From a virus (lineage: Duplodnaviria > Caudoviricetes): a stretch of DNA of 30,596 nucleotides. The stretch covers positions 1 to 30,596 of IMG/VR virus record IMGVR_UViG_3300027659_000139. One strand, 5' to 3'. Positions 16,601 through 23,939 of this stretch are shown piece after piece; the stretch's first letter is position 1; each line of letters opens with the position of its first letter. The position numbers and the translations under genes were made by a program. The notes beneath the pieces were generated by a model. That model searched no databases. It saw only the letters and a program-made list of their open reading frames with translations, and had not been told where the DNA came from.

Positions 16601-18064
16601 GAAGGCCCTCCTGGCAAACTAGCAGCAGCAATGACCGATATGCAAACATATATTGATCTAGAAGATGGTAGCTTCTTTCCAACTGAAGGAACTGTCTACA
16701 TTGATAATGAAATCATTACATTTAATGGAAGGACTGGAAATAGACTAACTGGCTGTACTAGAGCAACTCCATTTACCACTTTCCAAGCTGGTGCAGATCG
16801 CTCGTATACAGCAGGGATTGCAGTGTCGCACCTTGATAAAACTGGAGTTATACTAATTTCAAATACTATTACTCCGCTGATTAGCCATTGGGGTAGTGCA
16901 TTCCTAACAGATGGCATGTTTGACGAAGATCGTGGTTATATTTTCTCATATGCAGAAAAGAACATTAGCATATCAACTACTAGACAAACAGCATTCATGA
17001 TTCGACTAGCACCTAGTGTTAGCAATGCGATTGTTGGAGACTTGGGTGAGCGCGAACTGTTAAACCGTGCGCAGTTATTGTTACAAGGCCTTGAAATTAC
17101 TACTGATAACCCAACTACTGCACAAGCAGGTGGTATTGTTATTGAAGGTATTTTGAATCCAAATAACTATCCGTTAAATCCAAGCGACGTTGGTTGGACT
17201 AAACTAAGCGGACTAGCACAAGGTGGTCAACCTAGCTTCTCACAGGTTGCTGCTGGAGGTTCTGTAGTTTGGTCTTCTGGTGCAAGTGCTACTCTTGCAA
17301 CGGCTACTGCGTCTGCAGTGGTATCTACACAACTAAATTCTGGGGTATCTAATCCAGGTAATAATCAGGGTTATGTTTTTGTTAGTGGTATTGATTATCG
17401 TAATACATTTGGTTCTGCTGACCTAACTCCTGTAGTTGGAAGATCAATTACCGGAACTGGCATACGTGCAGGAACTACTATTACTGGTGGATTTATTTCA
17501 ACTGGCAGCAGTGATAACTATGGATATTTTCTTATCTCTCAGACTACCAATTCTAATATTAATCCTAATACTCCTGATGCATTTACTGTAACTGCAACTG
17601 GCAATTTAGTAAACAGAAATATTGTATGGCTTAATAAAGCTAGTTTTGAAGCAACTGCTGCTAAAGTGGGTACATCAGTGACTACTGGCAGTTCAATAAC
17701 TGTTCCAGCTAATACTACAGTTAACGCAATTACCTTAAGAACATTTGCAGGAGTACAGTACTATGAAGTTCAGCTGTCTAGTACGTACACGGGAACTTTT
17801 ACAGCGGGAACAAGTACAATAACATTTAGCTTTGTACAACCTCCATTTGCACAACCTGGCGAAACTGTGTTCTCGTTTATTGCAGCGCCTGGCGAGCGTG
17901 CAACATTAGATCTTGCTCAGTTGAAAGAATTGACTAATACGCCCTTAGGTGGACGTGGTACATTCCCTAACGGTCCAGACGTATTGGCTATCAACGTCTA
18001 CAAGGTTAGTGGAGACGCTGTAGTATCAAATGTTATTTTACGTTGGGGTGAAGCGCAGGCTTAA
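10622..18064 (+). CDS. giant (2480 aa) modular virion structural protein (fibre/baseplate-associated)
   Basis: Uninterrupted Thr/Gly/Ser/Val-rich ORF; three KCxRD...YGGN-type helical repeats, HG[FL] beta modules, five ~90-aa beta repeats, RQSKKYIRYQSGKG region. Confidence 0.8.
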   Translation: MAKRQIKNYVFTPGIGALDYVYPDAYNLLLANRDFLLSESVAYINQEIIDAVKCRRDVGYFIDGVAWDVALGTNYNAIFLGLTEVNSLDLSNTVYRTIARTKSAVAAVTQVSINATALSRSNAAFDEIVDIAQNGRVAADAHTYTNPSDATNSRIAAKDKILANLNFLAAEVNAWVDVTYPDHDHDEAKCTRDTKYALYAAAYDILYGGNSASYDSAKFFYYFAESGLSGISLAHKAQTVAAYRHLQSIISNVVRGISIVASVGNAELQVTTGVNADLSDGSAVANLIDIVADVVESGAGALPGIRTVPTITWAAAGIQSAKNAIDAAKPAIIDAVTWDPTYTYNQSKCERDLGYVLDAYLHDLRYGGNAKIKKVIKYYWEGTTAQIDGTRIPEIDTHAFIGDLITDYVLANVAYNTQGLESQVIDLTKTAEDYQFTPTAATYIPTTGLMTLTIGTHNLSIGAPIRIAEESLTFTCALDNNATLHPYPRATGVPNASGQDPYYNKPVYITAITNTTITVNIGISSDTSKHTFVSADTDAITASAAAAIDALVSNVVDVITGGLTAMPASVTEGVGSVKFQGNYSSNELLLITNTTRNEIIYNFSTAVTGGYVEIQTYGVDDDFVKYLQTTDGITTVTLNYNTSLHASTDDIQIFVEEAEVRTRPYDFGTDAIERHRVAMPQSMLDADFEYGLQPTKWSAISTLRGYPSVYELPGTDTDVLSVVTDASAGTSGVGQSQITVTTVAPHGFEPGTPISIKALKDSITGAARAEGNFVITTVPTTTTFTFFAKAKVGTINGQVLSTTYTQLRKSGFYTGASIGRPTFSISSNGSSGSVTTVLDTPAGSAIFAFSGSPPELGAPLVNASIPLGSQVTSINGAGGTVATKTVAFNANPGDSSIQLDNAAGITPNLAVNRGDGTAMFISSIVGNTLNFTDEFTAPIIANSADYTSIPGNNEASNGVGATFDVTVVPGEGLASVAVGTPGSDYSQGLTATVSAPNSAGGVQATVSVSVSQAGGTITGYAVVEFGSGYTAAPTVTLVKPTTVTRAGTGVILGTTITLASTTGIFVGMQVTGSIGLGAGNAANSVIIQQINSLTEITVATPHDGAVSGTLTFTDIGSGGVPGTRSLTTTGGSYDIVVATAGTGFSVGDRILINGNTLGGRTIINDALIVISTVDGSGGITALTQTGIPYTGIATLTGITGVNAGGIGTLGSFDVAWEDNIFTNVTVNSGGGGSGYIPGDRIKILGSLLYPVAGADGTNDLFLTVDTVDGSGQILTVTWLGTAPNVIKNFSTVAYTTSGLGIDAIVNVNITGSSYGVTISPRGTDFQDGDTITVLGANVGGATPANNLVITVNGVDPLTGEILSFAWAGTPKNAAVILAAAGDPLLGSGAVFTVGLNAGTYSVTVTSGGIDYAPNQQIVILGTSLIGASPANDLTVTITTTDTFRTGVITAVTRVGSAVTGGGPYLDAFGNNEQNTGLNARFNLTRSSSTYSGIQIATIGTGYNIGNRITIPGILLDGTSPTNDVLITVSNVNGAGGITAISVSPSPASAGTTFSIISTINMTEATSALMLNGASVTFSALATIEINFANPHGLVPGDTFIVTVTSNSGSNNHLLASGSYFATIIPSITSLRYQARAPGAIDASTNLILGTVYPRPDSFFTHRPFDGGVQLGTGGPQHGAQAIRQSKKYIRYQSGKGIMYTTGALFAPSYDLRSVTADGIEVNALITVITDDNDHGLQVGGVIRLLGIETAGYNSGNETASPPIFDYTVVDVVDERTFKVRAQRRLGSTTADLGFGAQMSVVSWHGATVRSGIFDDQNGIYWEYDGTNISVNQRTGTRQLAGTGAINVDENIITGTNSKYRDQVKAGDRIIIKGMTHVVSHVISQTSMSVAPDFRGVVNISGAKLMLVVDKKVKQEDFNLDRLDGTGPSGYNIDIAKMQMIGIQYSWYGAGFIDFMLRGSNGNFVFAHRMRNSNVNTEAFMRSGNLPVRYEVTNEGPPGKLAAAMTDMQTYIDLEDGSFFPTEGTVYIDNEIITFNGRTGNRLTGCTRATPFTTFQAGADRSYTAGIAVSHLDKTGVILISNTITPLISHWGSAFLTDGMFDEDRGYIFSYAEKNISISTTRQTAFMIRLAPSVSNAIVGDLGERELLNRAQLLLQGLEITTDNPTTAQAGGIVIEGILNPNNYPLNPSDVGWTKLSGLAQGGQPSFSQVAAGGSVVWSSGASATLATATASAVVSTQLNSGVSNPGNNQGYVFVSGIDYRNTFGSADLTPVVGRSITGTGIRAGTTITGGFISTGSSDNYGYFLISQTTNSNINPNTPDAFTVTATGNLVNRNIVWLNKASFEATAAKVGTSVTTGSSITVPANTTVNAITLRTFAGVQYYEVQLSSTYTGTFTAGTSTITFSFVQPPFAQPGETVFSFIAAPGERATLDLAQLKELTNTPLGGRGTFPNGPDVLAINVYKVSGDAVVSNVILRWGEAQA
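13493..15253 (+). repeat. five degenerate ~90-aa protein repeats within the giant ORF
   Basis: Recurring G.GA.F.V....Y......G..[YF]..GD.I.I.G..LGG..P.ND..ITV..VD..G.I; no strong nucleotide identity. Confidence 0.7.
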
Positions 18065-18507
18065 AGACTATCGATTATATCGATTACTGTTTGGATCTTA
18101 GTTTGTATAATGCGATTACGCAGACTAAGGTCCAATCCCTTATGTACGGGCTTAGGAAGATTGTCTAGATCAAACCATCCCCATGCAATATGTTCATCAC
18201 TTAGTGTAGGAAGAAACTCATCTTCAACAATACAAAAGTATGTATGAAATTTAAAAAGACTGTCTTTGCTGACAAATCGTTCTAAAGGAACAGTCTTTTT
18301 AATATCAGGCTGTGCGCCTAACTCTTCTTCAATTTCTCTAGTAAGGCCTTGCCATGCTGATTCGCCTGTGTGATTAGTACCTCCTACTAATCCCCAGCAG
18401 CCTGCATGTTTACCTGTTGCTTTTTGTAATAATAAAAAACGGTGTGTTGACCTGGCACAGATTAATGCACCACTACAGTCAATTTCTGTTACAGTGCTAT
18501 TCTCCAT
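18061..18507 (-). CDS. NUDIX hydrolase
   Basis: Nudix box WGLVGGTNHTGESAWQGLTREIEEELG; LSDEHIAWGW. Confidence 0.9.
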   Translation of the reverse strand: MENSTVTEIDCSGALICARSTHRFLLLQKATGKHAGCWGLVGGTNHTGESAWQGLTREIEEELGAQPDIKKTVPLERFVSKDSLFKFHTYFCIVEDEFLPTLSDEHIAWGWFDLDNLPKPVHKGLDLSLRNRIIQTKIQTVIDIIDSL

Positions 18508-19916
18508 TCGCCTCTCTTATATTCGCCTTCAAATGACTTAGTCCACTCTACTCCGTTCCATTTATACTGTGTTCTAGTATAAAAATTCATCTGATACACA
18601 ATGGTGTCTGTAACATCCTGCGATGAAAATATCACAATCCATTTAGTACCATTCCACTCAATAATGTCATTAGCCACTGCAACTAGATCGCTAGAGTCAG
18701 TGCCTTTCCATCCGTCTGCGCCATCAACGTTTATCACATCGCCCATATCTTCTACAATAAGATATCTTGTGCCTGCAACAATAGGTTGATCCGTAGTTTC
18801 TTTATTAGGACGTTTAGGATTAAATGTTGTAGGATCTATGATTGCATCAAAATATCCCTGATCTGAAATTAAACGACTTGGTCCGGGTATTTGAGTATTT
18901 GACGGAAATGTATCAGTATCCCATACTGCTGACATTACAGTTGAATCTAAAGGATTGATAGTTAGATCTCCAACTACTGTAGTGCCGTCAGGCTGTGTTA
19001 AAAATATTTTACTTAGGCCAGCAGTGTATTTTCCTGGAAATTGTGCTATAGCCATCTCCCATGATAACCATGTACCTGGACTAGCTTCATTGCTGGTAAT
19101 TCTAATATTAGTTTCTTCTACAAAAATATCAAAGTTACCAATGGTAATCTTAGTTGCAAATATAAAATCAGACGGATCTACTTGACCAGATGAATAATCT
19201 GTGCCTAAGCCATTAATGTAATCTAACACTGGATCGCTCTTGTTCTGATAAATGTTAGCAACAATATTAGTAATAATACCCAACTTCTTAACCTTAGCCG
19301 GCGGACTCAACCATATAGGAGTTGTTAGCGTAAGACTAGCAATGTCAATAGCAGTGCTGGTACCTATAGGAACAGTGCGTGAACTGAATACAACATCACC
19401 TAATTCAACAACACTTAAACTAGTCCAGTCAATGTAGTTGTCAGTAGTTTGTATTTCTAAACTAGGGTTGAACAAGGTTAAAATTTGTTCAAGTATTTGT
19501 AATTTTTGATCTGTACTAGTGGACCAAATGTCAACTTTAAGACTTAGATTAAACGGCGTGGGCATCAGGCGTTCAACTGTGAACTGATTACCTTGTGCTC
19601 CAGTATAAAATGGATTGTCAGGATCAGTACGGTCTATTTCTCGTTCTCTGATGTGCAATTTACCTACGTATGTAGAGTCGCCTAGTCTATCTCTAGCTAG
19701 ATCTAAATCACTGATATAAACAGCAATACGAGGAGCACTGGCAATGGTATTTTCACTGTTCTGATTAATAATACTTGCTGCCTGCTTGTCTGCATCTCCG
19801 TACATTACTGGTACACGTACTAGAGTACCGTCACCGTACTTAACTACAAAGTTGCTGAGTAGTCTTACAGCTTGTGCAATATATCGTCTGATTTGGCCGT
19901 CATAAAAATGCTGCAT
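18489..19916 (-). CDS. T4 gp15-like tail sheath stabilizer/tail terminator with C-terminal extension
   Basis: HFYDGQIRRYI, VPVMYG, PTPFNLSLKVDIW, QILEQILTLFNP; position after gp14-like gene. Confidence 0.75.
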   Translation of the reverse strand: MQHFYDGQIRRYIAQAVRLLSNFVVKYGDGTLVRVPVMYGDADKQAASIINQNSENTIASAPRIAVYISDLDLARDRLGDSTYVGKLHIREREIDRTDPDNPFYTGAQGNQFTVERLMPTPFNLSLKVDIWSTSTDQKLQILEQILTLFNPSLEIQTTDNYIDWTSLSVVELGDVVFSSRTVPIGTSTAIDIASLTLTTPIWLSPPAKVKKLGIITNIVANIYQNKSDPVLDYINGLGTDYSSGQVDPSDFIFATKITIGNFDIFVEETNIRITSNEASPGTWLSWEMAIAQFPGKYTAGLSKIFLTQPDGTTVVGDLTINPLDSTVMSAVWDTDTFPSNTQIPGPSRLISDQGYFDAIIDPTTFNPKRPNKETTDQPIVAGTRYLIVEDMGDVINVDGADGWKGTDSSDLVAVANDIIEWNGTKWIVIFSSQDVTDTIVYQMNFYTRTQYKWNGVEWTKSFEGEYKRGEWRIAL

Positions 19917-21232
19917 TAGAAATCTGCCTTAGGTTTAAGTGCTTTAGAAACTGCTTGACGTTCAACAACTGTTTCTTCACCAATAACAGTGCTGGTTGTA
20001 TTATTGATAAATCCTGTCCTATGAGTCTTCCTAGTGTCAGTGTTAGAAAGGGTGTGTCTAACAGCATCTTCTATTTTAACCCAACGCTTGCCGTCATAGC
20101 GGAATAGTCTATTAGGCAACATGTCTGTGCGTAGATAGTAATCATTAGGTATAGCACTTCCTGGAAAAGCAATGCCTGAACCAAATGCTGCGCCATTTGC
20201 AGGAATGCCATCACCGAGTAAATATCCAGAGTAACCTGAACGTTTTGGCGGTTGATTATTATTACCAGTAAGTGTTGCTGTAGAACTGGCATCAGGCGGC
20301 GAAGTAGAGTCATCAACTGTTAGCAGTGCCGGCCTGCCATTTTCATCTACTGCCAATGTAAAGAACTGTTGTGTTTCATATCCGCTCTTAGGAGCATCTG
20401 CTTCTGCTTGAGCAATAATAGCATCGTTAATTTCTAAATTTTTAGCATTAGTGCTTAGAATATTTTGCAGAGTGTTACCAGAATACACTGTCCATGCAGT
20501 AGTATTGGGCGGTGTCAGTACAGTACCGTTGGGTTCATTGAACCCTGATTTCACTTGGTACAGCACACCAGCTAATCTCACAATTTGACCAGTGAAATAT
20601 TCGTCAGCATCGACATGGTCACCTACAAAGTTAGCATTTGTATCAATAGGTTTGGTTAGTATATCTGCATACTGCTGACTGTCAACAATCTTTTTAAGTT
20701 TTAATCTATATAAGTGCGGATACCATGTCTTACTAAATCCTTCAGCAGCACGGCCCACTTCATCAATGACAAAATAACGAGGCATTGCTACATCAAAATC
20801 ATTTAAGGCAAATTCATCTTTTAAATGCGGAAGTTCTACGACATCACCTGCTAGGGGTTTACGTCCAATAGTACTGATAAAATCGTTAATATGCACAGTC
20901 ATAAACACTGTGTCTTGATCAATAAACAGGCCAAATTGACTTAGGTTAAAATCAATATCTAATACATTGTACACGCAACGTAAGGTGTAAACTGATGCAT
21001 CGTATTTTCTATCACGATTTTCAAGGAACAACAGGTCTTGTATGTTAGTTTCTTTAATAACATCATACTGCGGCTGATCAGCAGTGGCACTGGCATCATC
21101 AGGATTTTTTGGTCCAAGATACTTGTGCAAATATAAGTCTGTCCCGCCTACTTGAAACATCTCAGATATTTGACGATCTAAGTATTTGTAGTCGTTGCCT
21201 TTTTCGGGCTTGTAAAGTGATAAACGTGGCAT
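19916..21232 (-). CDS. T4 gp14-like neck/head-closure protein with insertions
   Basis: LSQFGLFIDQDTVFMTVH, KPLAGDVVELPHL, YRLKLKK; adjacent to gp13-like and gp15-like genes; TAATG-coupled to gp15-like gene. Confidence 0.65.
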   Translation of the reverse strand: MPRLSLYKPEKGNDYKYLDRQISEMFQVGGTDLYLHKYLGPKNPDDASATADQPQYDVIKETNIQDLLFLENRDRKYDASVYTLRCVYNVLDIDFNLSQFGLFIDQDTVFMTVHINDFISTIGRKPLAGDVVELPHLKDEFALNDFDVAMPRYFVIDEVGRAAEGFSKTWYPHLYRLKLKKIVDSQQYADILTKPIDTNANFVGDHVDADEYFTGQIVRLAGVLYQVKSGFNEPNGTVLTPPNTTAWTVYSGNTLQNILSTNAKNLEINDAIIAQAEADAPKSGYETQQFFTLAVDENGRPALLTVDDSTSPPDASSTATLTGNNNQPPKRSGYSGYLLGDGIPANGAAFGSGIAFPGSAIPNDYYLRTDMLPNRLFRYDGKRWVKIEDAVRHTLSNTDTRKTHRTGFINNTTSTVIGEETVVERQAVSKALKPKADF

Positions 21233-21236
21233 AGTC

Positions 21237-21259
21237 TAGTATTTAGCGCATAAATACTA
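21237..21259. promoter_or_regulatory. back-to-back divergent late promoters forming a 9-bp inverted repeat
   Basis: TAGTATTTA-GCGCA-TAAATACTA gives TAAATA on each strand, pointing at the gp14-like (-) and gp13-like (+) genes. Confidence 0.7.
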
Positions 21260-21271
21260 CGGGAGATACAA

Positions 21272-22033
21272 ATGTCAGACAATCCACAAGCTATTAAACA
21301 GGGCGTTTTTGATTATTGCCGCACCATGCTAGGTGACGGAATGATTGATGTTGAACTTGACCCTATACATTACGAAACTGCTTTAGACAAAGCTCTGACA
21401 CGTTTTAGACAGCGTAGTCCTAATGCCGTAGAAGAAAGCTACATGTTTCTAGAACTAATCAAGGACCAAAACGATTACATATTACCTAGAGAAGTTATCA
21501 ATGTACAGTCGTGCTTTAGACGAACATTAGGATCAAGAACTGGTGGAGGAACTGGTACAAACTTTGAACCCTTCAATCTTGCCTACACTAACACCTACTT
21601 GTTAAACTCAACTATGCTAGGCGGAATTGCAACCTACTATATGTTTGCCGGCTATCAAGAAATGATAGGTAAGATGTTTGGTAGCTATATTGAGTTCCAA
21701 TGGATTCCCACTAGTCGTACATTTAGGGTTTTGCAACGACCATTTAGCGAAGGTGAAACCCTATTATTACGCTGTCAGAACTTTAGACCAGATTACACAA
21801 TCATAGACGACATCTATGCTAAACAATGGATACGTGATTATTCATTAGCTAACTGTAAAATGATGTTAGGTGAAGCTCGCAGTAAATTTGCATCAATAGC
21901 CGGGCCGCAAGGCGGTAGTGCGTTAAACGGTAATGACTTAAAGTCTGCTGGTAAAGAAGAACTGGCTGCATTGGACAAAGAATTAGAAACCTTAGTCAGT
22001 GGTGGCACAGGTTATACTTTTATTATAGGGTAA
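21272..22033 (+). CDS. T4 gp13-like neck protein (head-tail adaptor)
   Basis: YCRTMLGDGMIDVELD, WIRDYSLANCKMMLGEARSKF, PQGGSALNG; SD GGGAG. Confidence 0.8.
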   Translation: MSDNPQAIKQGVFDYCRTMLGDGMIDVELDPIHYETALDKALTRFRQRSPNAVEESYMFLELIKDQNDYILPREVINVQSCFRRTLGSRTGGGTGTNFEPFNLAYTNTYLLNSTMLGGIATYYMFAGYQEMIGKMFGSYIEFQWIPTSRTFRVLQRPFSEGETLLLRCQNFRPDYTIIDDIYAKQWIRDYSLANCKMMLGEARSKFASIAGPQGGSALNGNDLKSAGKEELAALDKELETLVSGGTGYTFIIG

Positions 22034-22035
22034 TT

Positions 22036-22449
22036 ATGAAAGTACTTGAAATATTATCAGAAACAGTTGATCAACAGTTTGATATTATTGAAGAAATGGT
22101 TGAACAACTGGCATTAGAACATGGCGTAGATGCTGAAGTCATATGGGAAGACTTTGAAAGTGTAGATGATGATCTATTGTTAGAAACGGCTGCATGGAGA
22201 CGTTCAGCTGGCAAGAGTAAGAAAGGCGGCTTAAACGCCAAAGGTGTTGCTAGTTATCGTCGTGAGAATCCAGGTAGCAAACTGCAAATGGCAGTGACCA
22301 CTAAGCCTAGCAAACTAAAGCCAGGCAGTAAAGCAGCAAAACGTCGTAAGAGTTTCTGTGCAAGGATGGGTGGTGTTAAAGGTCCTATGAAGAAACCCAA
22401 CGGCAAACCTACTCGTAAAGCTCTAGCACTACGTAAATGGAATTGTTAA
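22036..22449 (+). CDS. small protein with acidic N-terminus and highly basic conserved phage domain (DUF6321-like, from memory)
   Basis: AWRRSAGKSKKGGLNAKGVASYRRENPGSKL...RRKSFCARMGG...ALRKWNC is a recurrent aquatic T4-like phage domain. Confidence 0.65.
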   Translation: MKVLEILSETVDQQFDIIEEMVEQLALEHGVDAEVIWEDFESVDDDLLLETAAWRRSAGKSKKGGLNAKGVASYRRENPGSKLQMAVTTKPSKLKPGSKAAKRRKSFCARMGGVKGPMKKPNGKPTRKALALRKWNC

Positions 22450-22827
22450 ATGAAAGTCTACGACATTATTACAGAAGTAGCTCAACCCAAGCCTACTAAG
22501 AGGCAAAGTCAATCTAGTAAGGGCATGAATATCTACGGTGATAAAGAAAGGGCTGACAGCACCTATGTAGCATTTAAACTTGGACAAGCAATGGCCAGTA
22601 CTGACGGCAAAACTAAGCCAGAAATTGATGCTAAAAGTTGGTACGGTAAAAAGAAAACAGTACATCCATACACTAAAGAAGAGCAGGAGATGTTTGTTCA
22701 AGCTGCCAAAGCAGTCGGCGCTGACGTAGAAGATTTAAATCACGGGGACATGCGCAGTTTAGAATTGGATACAACTAACAAAGTAAGTCCAGTTGCCAAG
22801 ATTAAAACGAACAAATACGGGGTCTAA
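22450..22827 (+). CDS. hypothetical protein, possible internal head protein
   Basis: 125 aa, starts immediately after the previous stop; N-terminus MKVYDIITE. Confidence 0.6.
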   Translation: MKVYDIITEVAQPKPTKRQSQSSKGMNIYGDKERADSTYVAFKLGQAMASTDGKTKPEIDAKSWYGKKKTVHPYTKEEQEMFVQAAKAVGADVEDLNHGDMRSLELDTTNKVSPVAKIKTNKYGV

Positions 22828-22833
22828 TCACTC

Positions 22834-22862
22834 TTGACAAGCTGACAAAAATCCTGTAATAT
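22834..22862 (+). promoter_or_regulatory. sigma70-type promoter for dNMP kinase
   Basis: TTGACA (22834-22839), 17-nt spacer, TAATAT (22857-22862); SD GGAG 22874-22877. Confidence 0.65.
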
Positions 22863-22882
22863 ATATTATCACTGGAGATAAT

Positions 22883-23575
22883 ATGATCATAGGCTTCGTT
22901 GGATTTATTGGTTCAGGCAAAGACACTGCCGCAGACTACTTGGTTAACTTTCACGGATTTCGCCGTGACTCATTTGCAAACACATTGAAAGACGCGGTAG
23001 CAGCCGTATTTGGTTGGGACCGCGTTCTGTTGGAAGGGCGTACAAAAGAAGCTCGCGAATGGCGAGAGCAACGTGACGAGTGGTGGAGCGATCGTCTAGG
23101 TAAAGACATTACCCCACGACATATTCTACAGTACTGGGGAACTGAAGTCTGTCGCCAAGGATATCACGATGACATCTGGATTGCTAGTTTAGAAAATAAA
23201 ATGCGTAAAACAGGCGATAACATCGTTATCAGTGATGTACGTTTTCCTAATGAAATCAAAGCTATTAAATCTGCAGGCGGCCAAGTAGTACGTGTTATTC
23301 GCGGCGCTGACCCAGAATGGTATCAAGATGCATGGAATGTAAATCAAGGTCCTACTAACATGACCTGGGCTGTGAGCAAAATGCGTATGGAACAACGAGG
23401 CATTCATGCTAGCGAAACAGCATGGATTGGCAAGGGAATTGACCTTGAAATAGATAATAACGGATCAATTGACCAGTTATTTGCACAGATTAAAAATCTG
23501 GTGTCAGAGCCCCTTGACGCCACTGAAAACCTTCCTTATGAAGAGTCCTCTGACAGTTTGCACACACTGTCTTGA
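22883..23575 (+). CDS. deoxynucleoside monophosphate kinase (T4 gp1-like)
   Basis: P-loop GFIGSGKDT, SFANTLKD, TPRHILQYWGTEVCR, VISDVRFPNE, HASE. Confidence 0.9.
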   Translation: MIIGFVGFIGSGKDTAADYLVNFHGFRRDSFANTLKDAVAAVFGWDRVLLEGRTKEAREWREQRDEWWSDRLGKDITPRHILQYWGTEVCRQGYHDDIWIASLENKMRKTGDNIVISDVRFPNEIKAIKSAGGQVVRVIRGADPEWYQDAWNVNQGPTNMTWAVSKMRMEQRGIHASETAWIGKGIDLEIDNNGSIDQLFAQIKNLVSEPLDATENLPYEESSDSLHTLS

Positions 23576-23831
23576 GGTTAGTAGGGCGGGAGTTATTTAG
23601 ATTCCCGTCTACATGGAACACATTAAACTGTTCCTTGTGTTTGCTCTTATAGCCGCATTTATCGCACAGTGACTTCATGCGATATCCATCCTGATGCCAC
23701 TTAGGCATACCTTTACCTATACCCCCATATCGTGTACAGGTTTCGCATTTAGAGCGATAATACACTCTACCTTCCTTACGATAGTTAATAGCAGCAGGTC
23801 TAAGCCCGCATCCGCACAGTGGTCTTGTCAT
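23490..23831 (-). CDS. HNH-like protein with zinc-ribbon Cys pairs
   Basis: CGCG, CETC, CDKCG, FHVDGNLNNSRPTNLKTVCANCQR. Confidence 0.7.
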   Translation of the reverse strand: MTRPLCGCGLRPAAINYRKEGRVYYRSKCETCTRYGGIGKGMPKWHQDGYRMKSLCDKCGYKSKHKEQFNVFHVDGNLNNSRPTNLKTVCANCQRTLHKEGFQWRQGALTPDF

Positions 23832-23835
23832 CGTG

Positions 23836-23841
23836 TATTTA
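23836..23841 (-). promoter_or_regulatory. putative late promoter (TAAATA), 4 nt before ATG
   Basis: minus strand reads CTAAATA-CACG-ATG. Confidence 0.55.
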
Positions 23842-23845
23842 GTTG

Positions 23846-23865
23846 CCCTTTTTGACCCCTTTTTG
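23846..23865. repeat. 9-bp direct repeat CCCTTTTTG x2, 11-bp period
   Basis: copies at 23846-23854 and 23857-23865, between divergent promoters. Confidence 0.7.
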
Positions 23866-23900
23866 GTGTGTTATAACTAGCCATTTTTAGATTTTATCAA

Positions 23901-23906
23901 TAAATA
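23901..23906 (+). promoter_or_regulatory. putative late promoter (TAAATA) for sheath-tube operon
   Basis: AATAAATA, SD AGGAG 23926-23930, ATG 23940. Confidence 0.65.
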
Positions 23907-23939
23907 CTAGTAGAACAAAAACCTTAGGAGATTCCAAAG

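Noticed and set aside
13573-16917. Long antisense ORFs inside the giant gene, and similar nested ORFs elsewhere (e.g. 1167..1562, 10154..10591, 28701..29123)
   Set aside because: Shadow ORFs arising from codon bias of the real genes; no recognisable motifs or initiation signals
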